A stretch of 64,000 nucleotides of DNA from Nitrosopumilus sp. (GCA_965207075.1 CBDBLO010000002.1:800001-864000); one strand, 5' to 3'; shown: positions 8,502 to 17,637, numbered from the stretch's first letter. Program-made: numbers and translations. Notes: generated from the sequence alone by a model not told the origin.

Positions 8502-11500
8502 ATGAGGCCCTGTTCTGGTGCCATACTGCCTGGGCGCAGACGCGCCGTATTCGTGCTGGCAGCCGCCGCCCTGGCGCTGGCCCTTGCCTTGGCGCCCGGC
8601 GCCGCCCTGTTCCAGGCCGGAAGCATCCCGTCGCCCAGTCTGGACGGTGGCTGGCAGCCTGAGAATCTTCCGGTTTTTCTCTCTGACGCGTGGGCGCACG
8701 TGCTTTCTGCCCTGCTGACTGACGCAGGAAAGATTACCGACACCGGTTCCCTCGAGCTTGACGGCGCTATTGGCATCGCCACGTTCGAGGCGTCGGACGG
8801 CACCAACACCAACACGTACGCCGCAGTTGCCGCGTACATCGACGACGGCGTCCAGGTACTGAAGCTGACCGACGGCGACACGCTGCTGGCAAACCCGTCG
8901 GATGCCGGAAAGATAGTCGACACCACATCCCTCGAGCTTGCCGGCGCCTGGGCCATCGCCATATTTGAGGCGTCGGACGGCACCAACACCAACACCTACG
9001 CCGCGGTGGCAGCAACAGATGACGACGGCGTCCAGGTACTGAGGCTGACCGACGGCGACACGATACGGTCAAACCCGCAGGCCGCTGGAAAGATAGGCAA
9101 CACCACATCCATCAAGCTTGCCGGCGTCGAAGGCATTGCCATATTTGAGGCGTCGGACGGCACCAACACCAACACTTACGCCGCGGTAGCCTCGCGACTT
9201 GACGACGGCGTCCAGATACTAAAGCTGACCGACGGCGACACGATACGGTCAAACCCGCAGGCCGCCGGAAAGATAGGCGACGGCGACAAAGACGGCCTCA
9301 GGCTTGACGGCGCCGTGGGCATCGCCATATTTGAGGCGACCAAAGACGGCAGTACCAACAAGTACGCCGCGGTGGCAGCAGTAGGTGACGACGGCGTCCA
9401 GGTACTAAAGCTGACCGACGGCGACACGATACGGTCAAACCCGTCGGATGCCGGAAAGCTAGGCGACACCACATCCCTCGAGCTTGACGGCGCCAGGGGC
9501 ATCGCCATCTTTGAGGTATCCGACGGCACCAACACCAACACGCACGCCGCGGTGGCAGCAGCAGGTGACGACGGCGTCCAGGTACTGAGGCTGACTACCG
9601 GCGCCGGTATCCTTGAGACCAACCCGCGGGACGCCGGAAATATAGGCGACGACGAAAGCCTCGAGCTTGACGGCGCCTGGGCCATCGCCACGTTCGAGGT
9701 GTCCGACGGCACCAACACCAGCACGTACGCCGCAGTTGCCGCATGGGAAGACTACGGCGTCCAGGTACTGAGGCTGACCGACGGCGGCACGGTACTGACA
9801 GACCCGGCTGACGCCGGAAATATAGCCGACGACGAAAGCCTCGCGCTTGCCGAATCCTGGGGCATCAGCATATTTGAGGCGTCCAAAGACGGCAGTACCG
9901 ACAAGTACGCCGCAGTTACCGCATGGAGCGACGGCGGCGTCCAGATACTGAAGATGGACTTTCCCAACTCGCCGCCGGTCCTTGCCGACGCCCCGACAAT
10001 CACCGTGGACGGCACCGTCACCACGAGCACGGCCATAGGCAAGGGCTCTGCCGTCTCCATGCAGTGGACGGCAACCGACGCTGACGGCGACACCATATCC
10101 TACGAGTGGAGCCACGACCGGACGGACCTGCTCGACCAGTTCTCGTCGACGACAGACACCGTGGAGTTTACGGTGCCGCCCGATCTCGACGCAGACGCCA
10201 CGCTCACAGTCACGCTTGCCGCAACCGACCAACACGGGGACACGGCCTCCGGCACCCTCGTCCTTTCACTCAAAAAAGATCTCATAGTCGCGGACGCGGG
10301 CAACGACAGGACCGTGGCCCCCTACGCCGCGGTCACGCTGGACGCCTCGGCCTCGACTGTCACCGACGCGACGACATTCGCGTGGAGCCAGACCTCCGGC
10401 ACCCCCCTGGTCGCGCTTTCGGAGACCGACACCGCGTCGCCCTGGTTTTTGGCGCCGGAGGTGGACGCGCCCGTCGACCTGGTCTTCACCCTGTCGCTGG
10501 CAGAGGGCGGGTCCACCATTGTGACCGACACGGTCACCGTGACAGTCGACCCCGGCGCCTTTGGCACTACATGGGAGATGCCGGCAGGCGACCTCGTGCT
10601 GACCCTGCCGGTGTCGGGGGCCGGCATGACCATAGACTGGGGCGACGGCAGCCCCGGCGAGGCGGCCACGGGCCCCGCCGACCACGCCTACGATACGGCG
10701 GGCACCTACTCGGTCAGCGTCTCGGGCGGCCTGCAGCGCTTCCACCTCGACGGCCACCAGGACGCGCCCAAGCTAAAGGCGGTGGACTGGTGGGGCGCGG
10801 CGCAGTGGACCTCGATGGAAGACGCCTTCCGGGGGGCATCCAGCATGGAATACGGCGCGCCAGACGCGCCCGACCTGTCAGGCGTCGCCGACATGTCCGG
10901 CATGTTCGAGGGCGCCTCCTCCTTTGACCAGCCCCTAAACTCCTGGAACGTCTCGTCCGTCACCGACATGAGATTCATGTTCAGCGGCGCCTCCTCCTTT
11001 GACCAGCCCCTGAACGCCTGGGACGTCTCAAGCGTCATCCGCATGGACCGCATGTTCCAGGACGCCTCCTCCTTTGACCAGCCCCTAAACTCCTGGGACG
11101 TCTCGTCCGTCACCGACATGACCCGCATGTTCCAGAGCGCCGACTCCTTTGACCAGCCCCTAAACTCCTGGGACGTCTCGTCCGTCACCGACATGCACAA
11201 CATGTTCAACCACGCCTCCTCCTTTGACCAGCCCCTGAACGCCTGGGACGTCTCACGCGTCACCGACATGAACCTCATGTTCCAGGACGCCTCCTCCTTT
11301 GACCAGCCCCTCAACGACTGGGACGTCTCGTCCGTCACCGCCATGTACAGCATGTTCCGGGGCGCCTCCTCCTTTGACCAGCCCCTAAACTCCTGGGACG
11401 TCTCACGCGTCACCAACATGCACAACATGTTCAGCGACGCCTCCTCCTTTGACCAGCCCCTCAACGACTGGGACGTCTCAAGCGTCATCCGCATGGACCG

Positions 11501-13079
11501 CATGTTCAGCGGCGCCACCGCCTTCAACCAGAACCTCGGGAAGTGGTACATAGTGCTCGACGACACCGGCATATCCGACGACGGCGAGACGCTGGCCATC
11601 CGCGCCCAGAACTCGTTCCTGGAGGGGCAGGACCCCTCGTACGCGACCCGCACCCCCGGCTTTGCCGTCACCGGCAACGACATGCTGGGCCTTGACGCAG
11701 AGGACCCGGCGGATCCCGGAACCCGCACCGTCAGGATAATCACCACGGACGGCAACACCATCTTCGGCGCCTCCAACTTTGCCGACGTGGAGGTGTCGGT
11801 CAACGCCCGGCCCGCGGTGGACGCGGGGCCCGACAGGACCGTGGCCGGGGGCTCTACCGTAACCCTCGGCGGCGCCGGCTCCGACCCCGAGGGCGCCGTC
11901 ACCCTGCAGTGGAGCCAGTCCGCCGGCCCCGGGGTGGACCTGTCGGGGGCCTCCACCCGGGCCCCCGCGTTCACGGCTCCGGCAGGCCCCGCGGTCCTCG
12001 TCTTCGCGCTGACCGTCACCGACTCGGAGGGCGCCACCGCCTCTGATTCCGTGCGGGTCACGGTATACGCGGTGACCGGCCCCCCGGCAGCCGACGCCGG
12101 GCCGGACCAGGTGGCGCAGGAGGGCGCCACGGTCATCCTCGAAGGCTCCGCATCTGACCCCGACGGCGACGACCTCGAATACAGGTGGACCCACAACGGC
12201 CCGGCATCAATAGTCCTGTCCGGCGCCGACTCCCGGACCGCCCACTTTACGGCGCCCCAGGTGAACCGCGACCTGTACGTCACGTTCACGCTCGAGGCAA
12301 GCGGCGGGGGCCAGCGGGACTCTGACACGGTGCTGGTCATAGTCAGGGACCGCCCCGCGCAGCACCAGGGCAACACGGCGCCGTCCCTCACCCTTCCGGG
12401 CGGCCCGTACGTGCAGCTTATGCGGGGCGGCACCCACGCGGGCCCCTCGTGCCACGACGCCGAGGACGGCCCCATAACGGGCATCTCCTCCACGGGCGCG
12501 GTCGACACCGGGACCCCGGGCACCTACACGGTCACGTACACGTGCACCGACAGCGGCGGCCTCTCGGACTCCGCGTCGCAGACCGTGGTGGTCCACCAGT
12601 ACCGCGCCGCGCTGACGGTGAACCCGCCGAGCCCCGCGATACTCGACGTGGGCGACGCCTACGCGGACCCCGGCGCCACCTGCGAGTTCCCCGACGGCTC
12701 CAGCCGCCCGGCGGTCCAGACGCGCAGCACCGTGGACACGTCGAGGCCCGGCACGTACCTGGTCTCGTACGCGTGCAGCGGCCCGGAAGGCGAGGTCCTT
12801 GCCGCCGAGTCCAGGCGCGTCATAGTCAAGAGCCCCGGCGCCGACCTGGCGCCGGTCATACACCCCCCGTCGCCGGTGACCATAACCGCGGGCCAGACGT
12901 GGACCGACCCCGGCATAACATGCACCGACGACCTCGACCCGGACCCCGTCGTGAGGGTGGTGGCCAGCAACCTGGACGTCTCCAGGCCCGGCGAGTACCG
13001 CGTATTCTACACGTGCACCGACGACGCGGGGAACGGCGCCACGGCCGTCCGGACGGTCACGGTCGCGCCGCGGCAGTAG
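8502..13079 (+). CDS. Giant secreted/surface protein: 7 LVIVD-like beta-propeller repeats, PKD/Ig-like domains, DUF285 repeats, DUF5011-like domains
   Basis: 1525-aa ORF; signal AVFVLAAAALALALALAP; ~59-aa repeats LELDGA.GIA.FE...YAAVAA..DDGVQVL; ADAGNDRTV/VDAGPD PKD-like motifs; FDQPLNSWDVS repeats; C-terminal DPG.TC.D modules. Confidence 0.9.
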   Translation: MRPCSGAILPGRRRAVFVLAAAALALALALAPGAALFQAGSIPSPSLDGGWQPENLPVFLSDAWAHVLSALLTDAGKITDTGSLELDGAIGIATFEASDGTNTNTYAAVAAYIDDGVQVLKLTDGDTLLANPSDAGKIVDTTSLELAGAWAIAIFEASDGTNTNTYAAVAATDDDGVQVLRLTDGDTIRSNPQAAGKIGNTTSIKLAGVEGIAIFEASDGTNTNTYAAVASRLDDGVQILKLTDGDTIRSNPQAAGKIGDGDKDGLRLDGAVGIAIFEATKDGSTNKYAAVAAVGDDGVQVLKLTDGDTIRSNPSDAGKLGDTTSLELDGARGIAIFEVSDGTNTNTHAAVAAAGDDGVQVLRLTTGAGILETNPRDAGNIGDDESLELDGAWAIATFEVSDGTNTSTYAAVAAWEDYGVQVLRLTDGGTVLTDPADAGNIADDESLALAESWGISIFEASKDGSTDKYAAVTAWSDGGVQILKMDFPNSPPVLADAPTITVDGTVTTSTAIGKGSAVSMQWTATDADGDTISYEWSHDRTDLLDQFSSTTDTVEFTVPPDLDADATLTVTLAATDQHGDTASGTLVLSLKKDLIVADAGNDRTVAPYAAVTLDASASTVTDATTFAWSQTSGTPLVALSETDTASPWFLAPEVDAPVDLVFTLSLAEGGSTIVTDTVTVTVDPGAFGTTWEMPAGDLVLTLPVSGAGMTIDWGDGSPGEAATGPADHAYDTAGTYSVSVSGGLQRFHLDGHQDAPKLKAVDWWGAAQWTSMEDAFRGASSMEYGAPDAPDLSGVADMSGMFEGASSFDQPLNSWNVSSVTDMRFMFSGASSFDQPLNAWDVSSVIRMDRMFQDASSFDQPLNSWDVSSVTDMTRMFQSADSFDQPLNSWDVSSVTDMHNMFNHASSFDQPLNAWDVSRVTDMNLMFQDASSFDQPLNDWDVSSVTAMYSMFRGASSFDQPLNSWDVSRVTNMHNMFSDASSFDQPLNDWDVSSVIRMDRMFSGATAFNQNLGKWYIVLDDTGISDDGETLAIRAQNSFLEGQDPSYATRTPGFAVTGNDMLGLDAEDPADPGTRTVRIITTDGNTIFGASNFADVEVSVNARPAVDAGPDRTVAGGSTVTLGGAGSDPEGAVTLQWSQSAGPGVDLSGASTRAPAFTAPAGPAVLVFALTVTDSEGATASDSVRVTVYAVTGPPAADAGPDQVAQEGATVILEGSASDPDGDDLEYRWTHNGPASIVLSGADSRTAHFTAPQVNRDLYVTFTLEASGGGQRDSDTVLVIVRDRPAQHQGNTAPSLTLPGGPYVQLMRGGTHAGPSCHDAEDGPITGISSTGAVDTGTPGTYTVTYTCTDSGGLSDSASQTVVVHQYRAALTVNPPSPAILDVGDAYADPGATCEFPDGSSRPAVQTRSTVDTSRPGTYLVSYACSGPEGEVLAAESRRVIVKSPGADLAPVIHPPSPVTITAGQTWTDPGITCTDDLDPDPVVRVVASNLDVSRPGEYRVFYTCTDDAGNGATAVRTVTVAPRQ
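8720..9955 (+). repeat. ~177-bp in-frame tandem repeats (7 propeller blades)
   Basis: Seven copies of ggcgtccagRtact with a conserved surrounding scaffold. Confidence 0.85.
10890..11540 (+). repeat. 75-bp in-frame tandem repeats (8 DUF285 units)
   Basis: tttgaccagccc at 10923, 10998, 11073, 11148, 11223, 11298, 11373, 11448. Confidence 0.95.
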
Positions 13080-13543
13080 CGCCGCCGCCCCTTGTTCCGC
13101 TCCGGGAAGCCGGCCGGCCGGCCGGCGGCGGCGCGCCGGGCCTGCTCGACTCCGGCTGCCCCGCCCCTGCCATGTCGCGGCGCGTGCGCCCGGCCGTCCT
13201 CCACGCTGCGGCGCGGCTGCTTCAGCGGGTTGCGGGGATCCCCTGCGGCGGGAACGGGGGCGTTCGCGCGCCGCAGGGCTGCAGCGGGGACGCACAATCA
13301 TGCAGCAGTACCTCCGGCCAAGGACAGAGCGGCATTGCAAAAAGGATCCGAGCCAGGCGTTGAAGCGGGCCCCCACGGCGCCCTGCAACCATGCGGCAGT
13401 CCATCCCCTGCAGAGTTCGAATCAAAACCAATTCGAACCCAACCAGCAGGGTTAAATCCCGCTTTCCCCCTAACCTGCATGTTGACAGGCACGAGTTTGG
13501 ACGGCAAAGTTCGAATCAGAAACCGGCCCGCGGAAGATGGGAA

Positions 13544-13618
13544 TGGGCCCGATGAGATTCGAACTCATGACCTTTCGATTATCAGTCGAACGCTCCAGCC
13601 AAGCTGAGCTACGAGCCC
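13544..13618 (-). tRNA. tRNA-Ile(GAT)
   Basis: Reverse complement GGGCTCGTAGCTCAGCTTGG...TTCGA CTGATAA TCGAA...GTTCGAATC...GGGCCCA folds as a cloverleaf. Confidence 0.95.
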
Positions 13619-13833
13619 ACTCTTGCTCAAACCATACAAGTGTCATTTAAGTAATTCGAACACTTTTGGCACCCGGCGCGTATCTGCGGGACGGGCCGCA
13701 CTCCCTCTGCCACCCGGCGTCCCACTCTGGATTCATGTTGCATGATCATGGCACGCACTGCGTCGGGACGCGCACCGGCATCCGTCCTGCACGGAATCAC
13801 CGCGGTCCGCCATGCAGCGCATCGAATGCACGC

Positions 13834-14382
13834 TCAGCGCCACTTTATGGAGCACCCTATTGACGGCTCAAAGTCCTTTGGAACGGGCTCCCCTGCAAGC
13901 ATCCTGCCGATGTTCTCGATCATGGTCTTCTCTGTCGGTGAGTCATCCGGCCCGGGGGCGTCGTCTATCCTGCCGTGGAATACCAGCCTGCGGTTTGCGT
14001 CAAACAGAAACGGGTCGGGCGTGCATACGGCCCCGTACGCGCGTGCCACGTCCTGCGTCTCGTCAACCAGATAGTCGAACTTGAACCCCTTCTCCCTTGC
14101 CGTCTTCTTCATTGCATCAAAGCTGTCCTCGGGATAGTCAGTCGAGTCGTTGCTGTTGATTCCTACTATGGCAATCTCGGAGCCGTACCTGTCGTACAGC
14201 TCGTTGAGCGCGTCCGTCTTTGCCTTGACGTACGGGCAGTGGTTGCACATGAATATCACCAAGAGTCCCTTGTACCCGTCGTAGTCGGTAGGGGAGTGGC
14301 GCTTGTCGTCTATCCCGATGAGCGAAAAGTCCGGGGCCTCGTCACCCGCTTTCAGCTTTGTCTGGGACTCCAGCAGCACCAT
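13834..14382 (-). CDS. Thioredoxin-family / AhpC-TSA redoxin
   Basis: APDFSL, FMCNHCPYV, YGAVCTPDPFLFD, SIGCSIKW. Confidence 0.9.
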   Translation of the reverse strand: MVLLESQTKLKAGDEAPDFSLIGIDDKRHSPTDYDGYKGLLVIFMCNHCPYVKAKTDALNELYDRYGSEIAIVGINSNDSTDYPEDSFDAMKKTAREKGFKFDYLVDETQDVARAYGAVCTPDPFLFDANRRLVFHGRIDDAPGPDDSPTEKTMIENIGRMLAGEPVPKDFEPSIGCSIKWR

Positions 14383-14475
14383 GCGCGGCGTGCATGGCCT
14401 GCAAATAAAACCCTTGCCAGTCAGTTGCGTCGTGCGTATCCCGGCCGCGCCGGCGCCGCGGGTGGCATGCCGCGA

Positions 14476-14970
14476 TCAGCCCTTGTGGCTGTAACGCATT
14501 CCGCTAGACGTGTGCTTGAACCCCAAATCTGTGTAAAAGTCCACCAACCCATCCTCGCAGTCAAGAACGGTCTTGTAGCATCCGCGCTCCCGCGCCGCGT
14601 CGAGCAGGTACCTGACAATCATTCCGCCTATGCCCCTTTTCTGGTACTCTTGGCGGACTGCAACATCCTCTATGTGTCCCGCCATCCCGCCGTCATGGAT
14701 GAACTTTGTCTCAAACAGTACGGTGGCAGTCCCCACCACCCTTCCGCCGAGTTCCGCCACCGCGACCAGGCGGTTCCCGTCGGACATGATTGCGTCCATC
14801 ACGCGCTCGGCCCTTTCGCGGGACATGGCGCTCGCGGGCCTCAGCGCGTCAAGCGTCTCCAAGAGCCCGTTGTGTATGTCGTCCCTCTGCAGAGGCCTTA
14901 CCGTTATGCCGTCACTTTCCGTGTCACTTGCAGTCCCATGCCCGCCTCCGGCACCGCCGTAACTGCCCAT
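14476..14970 (-). CDS. GNAT acetyltransferase (glucosamine-6-phosphate N-acetyltransferase-like)
   Basis: ETKFIHDGG.AGHIEDVAV..YQKRGIG; GCYKTVLDC. Confidence 0.85.
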   Translation of the reverse strand: MGSYGGAGGGHGTASDTESDGITVRPLQRDDIHNGLLETLDALRPASAMSRERAERVMDAIMSDGNRLVAVAELGGRVVGTATVLFETKFIHDGGMAGHIEDVAVRQEYQKRGIGGMIVRYLLDAARERGCYKTVLDCEDGLVDFYTDLGFKHTSSGMRYSHKG

Positions 14971-15229
14971 CGCCGTTGTGTGGCCCTAGAGTCCTTATCT
15001 GTTTTTACCGCGCAAGGGTCGGCGTCCTCGCGGCAAGCGTCCTGCGGGACTTGCAGCGGCCGCGCGGTGTCAGGCGCACGGCGCAGGCAGGAGACCGATG
15101 CGCGCAGGCCGCAGGGTCCGTCGCGTGCCAGACGCACGGTGCCGTCGAGGGTGCAGGGTCCGGACGCTGCCGGACCGGCCGCGCGGAGGGCAGCAACAAT
15201 TAAAGTCCGCACATGGAGGCACGGCGTGG

Positions 15230-15306
15230 GGGCCGGTAGTATAGCCTGGTAGTATACCCGCCTTGCACGCGGGGGGTCGCGGATTCAAATTCCGTCCGGT
15301 CCACCA
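15230..15306 (+). tRNA. tRNA-Ala(TGC), CCA encoded
   Basis: Acceptor GGGCCGG/CCGGTCC with G3:U70; anticodon arm CCCGC-CTTGCAC-GCGGG; ends ACCA. Confidence 0.95.
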
Positions 15307-15629
15307 ATCAGTGTTGCCACATGCGGCGCCCCGCGCCCATCCGGTTTTGGGTTTACATGCGTTCCTGATCCCATGCCGCCGTCGGCGGGATCCCGCCACT
15401 GGACCGTGTACCTGCATGTGCGATCGTGCCAAAGGCTGCACACCGGACGCACCCCGGATCACGGCGGCGGGTACCGCGCCGGCGGCGCCCCAGACGCCGC
15501 CCATTCGGCCTGCGATCAGCGGCGTCGGCCGCCCCGCAGCCACCCCGCAGATCCAGTCATGAATATACTCACATGACAGGCACGAAATCCACGGGTGGAT
15601 TTAAATAGCATGTAGTTATGAACCGTATC

Positions 15630-15731
15630 ATGGCAAGTGTAGCAGATGGATGGCCTGTGTGGATTCCCCTGATCGTAGGTTTGGCGCCTGGGCTCGTATA
15701 CTGGCTTGCAATTACTGCAAAGAGAAAGTAA
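15630..15731 (+). CDS. 33-aa single-pass membrane microprotein (not in the ORF track)
   Basis: MASVADGWPVWIPLIVGLAPGLVYWLAITAKRK*; TATA-like tttaaata at ~15600. Confidence 0.65.
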   Translation: MASVADGWPVWIPLIVGLAPGLVYWLAITAKRK

Positions 15732-15821
15732 TAGGGCTAAAGCCCATTTGACCCTTTTTCGATCGCTCCCACTGGATGGTGCGCGTTTGCCTAAAACCTT
15801 TGATCTTCTAGTCGACTATAA

Positions 15822-17021
15822 TTGCCCAAGGCTGTTATCCCTCTGCGGGGCTATGACGCGGTGTTGTACCGGACGCGCAAGGCGTATGGCGCCATGATGG
15901 CGCTGGCAGCCGCCATCGTACTCTCTGCCGCATCCGCCGCTGCCATTGTGACGCACGACGGCGCGGCGCAGGCACAGGAGTACTACGACACGCCGCAGGC
16001 GCTTGCGGTAATGCTCGTGCAGGACAGCAGGTACCTCGCCCTGGACGAGCAGGGGCATGCGGTGCTGACTGGAATGGTCGAGAACAGGGGAACCAGCTAC
16101 GTCTCAAACGTCCGGATATGGGCCATCTTTTACGACGACGCGGCAAGCGCGCCAGTCGACGTGGAGGTGGGTTATCCTGCAATCGAGGTGATCCCCCCCA
16201 ACTCCATGGTGCCGTTTGAGATCGTGTCATCTGAGCCGAACCTGGGCGTAACCGACGCATCGGCGCGGATCGGGGGGTTTGACTCTGCCCCCACAAAGGA
16301 GCCCCTGCTGTCCGTAGAGGTGGAGAGCATCGAGCCCTATGCAAGCGGGCAGGACGTGCGCATGGCCATCAGGGGCGACGTATACAACGGGCCCGCGCCG
16401 TCAGAATATGCGGCAGTGCACGTCGCGTACCACGACGCCTTTGAACCGCCCCGGACGCTGGGCATCGATACAATTACGGTGGGCCCGATGCTGCGCTACG
16501 AGTCCGCCCAGTTTGAGGCCGACTTTGTCGCGCCGCCCGGCACGGAGAGGATCTCGATACATGCGGAGACCGACATCTACCACCTTGCAGGGCAGCAGAG
16601 CGCGCGGTACGTGGCAGTCGACCTGCCGCCCCCCTACCCGGTCCTGCCCCCCAACATAGTGACCATCTCGGGCGTGTCGCTCCGTGACGGCGTGGGCACC
16701 ATACTGTCGTCGGCGCAGGCGGGCCAGACCGTCTATATCAGGGCCGACACGTCGGTACTGCCTATCGCGCACGAGGGCGAGCAGGGGGCCGAGATACCGT
16801 ACACGTTCTACGTCCAGGTAAGGGAGGCGTCGCCTGATGCGCCAGTCGAATTCATCGGAAAGTACGACGGGCGCTTTGTCGTGGGCCAGAACGTCCAGAC
16901 GCAGAGCGTGGACTGGATTCCGGAGAATCCTGGACTGTACGTGGCAGAGACGTTTGTCTGGGACCGCGGCGACGTGCCGCTTGCCGAGCGCGGCCCCTAC
17001 ATGCTCATACTGGTCGAGTAA
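15822..17021 (+). CDS. Secreted protein with FxLYD-like Ig domains
   Basis: Signal-like MMALAAAIVLSAASAAA; LTGMVEN..NVRIWAIFYD..VPFEI; true start may be ~15895. Confidence 0.7.
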   Translation: MPKAVIPLRGYDAVLYRTRKAYGAMMALAAAIVLSAASAAAIVTHDGAAQAQEYYDTPQALAVMLVQDSRYLALDEQGHAVLTGMVENRGTSYVSNVRIWAIFYDDAASAPVDVEVGYPAIEVIPPNSMVPFEIVSSEPNLGVTDASARIGGFDSAPTKEPLLSVEVESIEPYASGQDVRMAIRGDVYNGPAPSEYAAVHVAYHDAFEPPRTLGIDTITVGPMLRYESAQFEADFVAPPGTERISIHAETDIYHLAGQQSARYVAVDLPPPYPVLPPNIVTISGVSLRDGVGTILSSAQAGQTVYIRADTSVLPIAHEGEQGAEIPYTFYVQVREASPDAPVEFIGKYDGRFVVGQNVQTQSVDWIPENPGLYVAETFVWDRGDVPLAERGPYMLILVE

Positions 17022-17060
17022 CCGGCATACAAGAAGAAGCTTCTTTACCGCGGGTGCGCC

Positions 17061-17573
17061 ATGCATGACATGCCCGTACGCGAAGGCACGAAGAGGTATG
17101 CGGTGGCGGCCACCGGCGGCACCTTTGACACGATACACAGGGGGCACCGCGCGCTGCTTGACGCGGCGTTCGCCGCGTCAGAGAAGGTGATAATCGGCCT
17201 GACAAGCGACGCGATGCTTGCAGGCAAGGGGGGCCGCGGCGCAAGGGAAAAGGGGCACGCCGTGCGCAGCTATGCCGAGCGGCTTGCCGGCCTCCAAGAG
17301 TACATACGCCTGTCGCACCCGGACTCGGCCTGCGTGATAAGCGGGCTTGACGACGACTTTGGGCCCGCCGTCCTGGCCGGCGAGGTGGAGGCGCTCGTGG
17401 CAAGCGAGGAGACCGCCTTCAAGGCGGGCAAGCTGAACAAGATGAGGCTCTCAAGGGGGCTTGGGCCGGTCGAGACGGTCGTGGTGGGGATGGTGGCCGC
17501 ACACGACGGCGGCCGCATATCGTCAAGCCGCATACGGAACGGGGAGATAGACGCGGACGGCAACGCCGCGTGA
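17061..17573 (+). CDS. coaD: Phosphopantetheine adenylyltransferase (archaeal type)
   Basis: GGTFDTIHRGH, IGLTSD, VASEET, ISSSRIR. Confidence 0.9.
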   Translation: MHDMPVREGTKRYAVAATGGTFDTIHRGHRALLDAAFAASEKVIIGLTSDAMLAGKGGRGAREKGHAVRSYAERLAGLQEYIRLSHPDSACVISGLDDDFGPAVLAGEVEALVASEETAFKAGKLNKMRLSRGLGPVETVVVGMVAAHDGGRISSSRIRNGEIDADGNAA

Positions 17574-17637
17574 CTGCGCCTTTTTGTCTAATATGGTTGA
17601 TCACGCGCCATATCAAGGGAGGCCGCGGCCGTACACC

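Noticed and set aside
10890-11540. CRISPR-like pattern of constant repeat plus variable spacer (also 2090-2500)
   Set aside because: Exact 75-bp period, in-frame coding DUF285 units, 'spacers' are homologous to each other, and no cas genes are present.
2132-12523. Long antisense and alternate-frame ORFs over the surface genes (e.g. 10706-12523, 2132-3148)
   Set aside because: Shadow ORFs caused by high GC and repeated coding sequence on the opposite strand.
13975-15252. 425-aa plus-strand ORF
   Set aside because: Antisense to the redoxin and GNAT genes and runs into tRNA-Ala.
14980-15560. GC-rich palindromic spacers as possible RNase P or SRP RNA
   Set aside because: No diagnostic conserved motifs were found; short hairpins are expected at this GC content.
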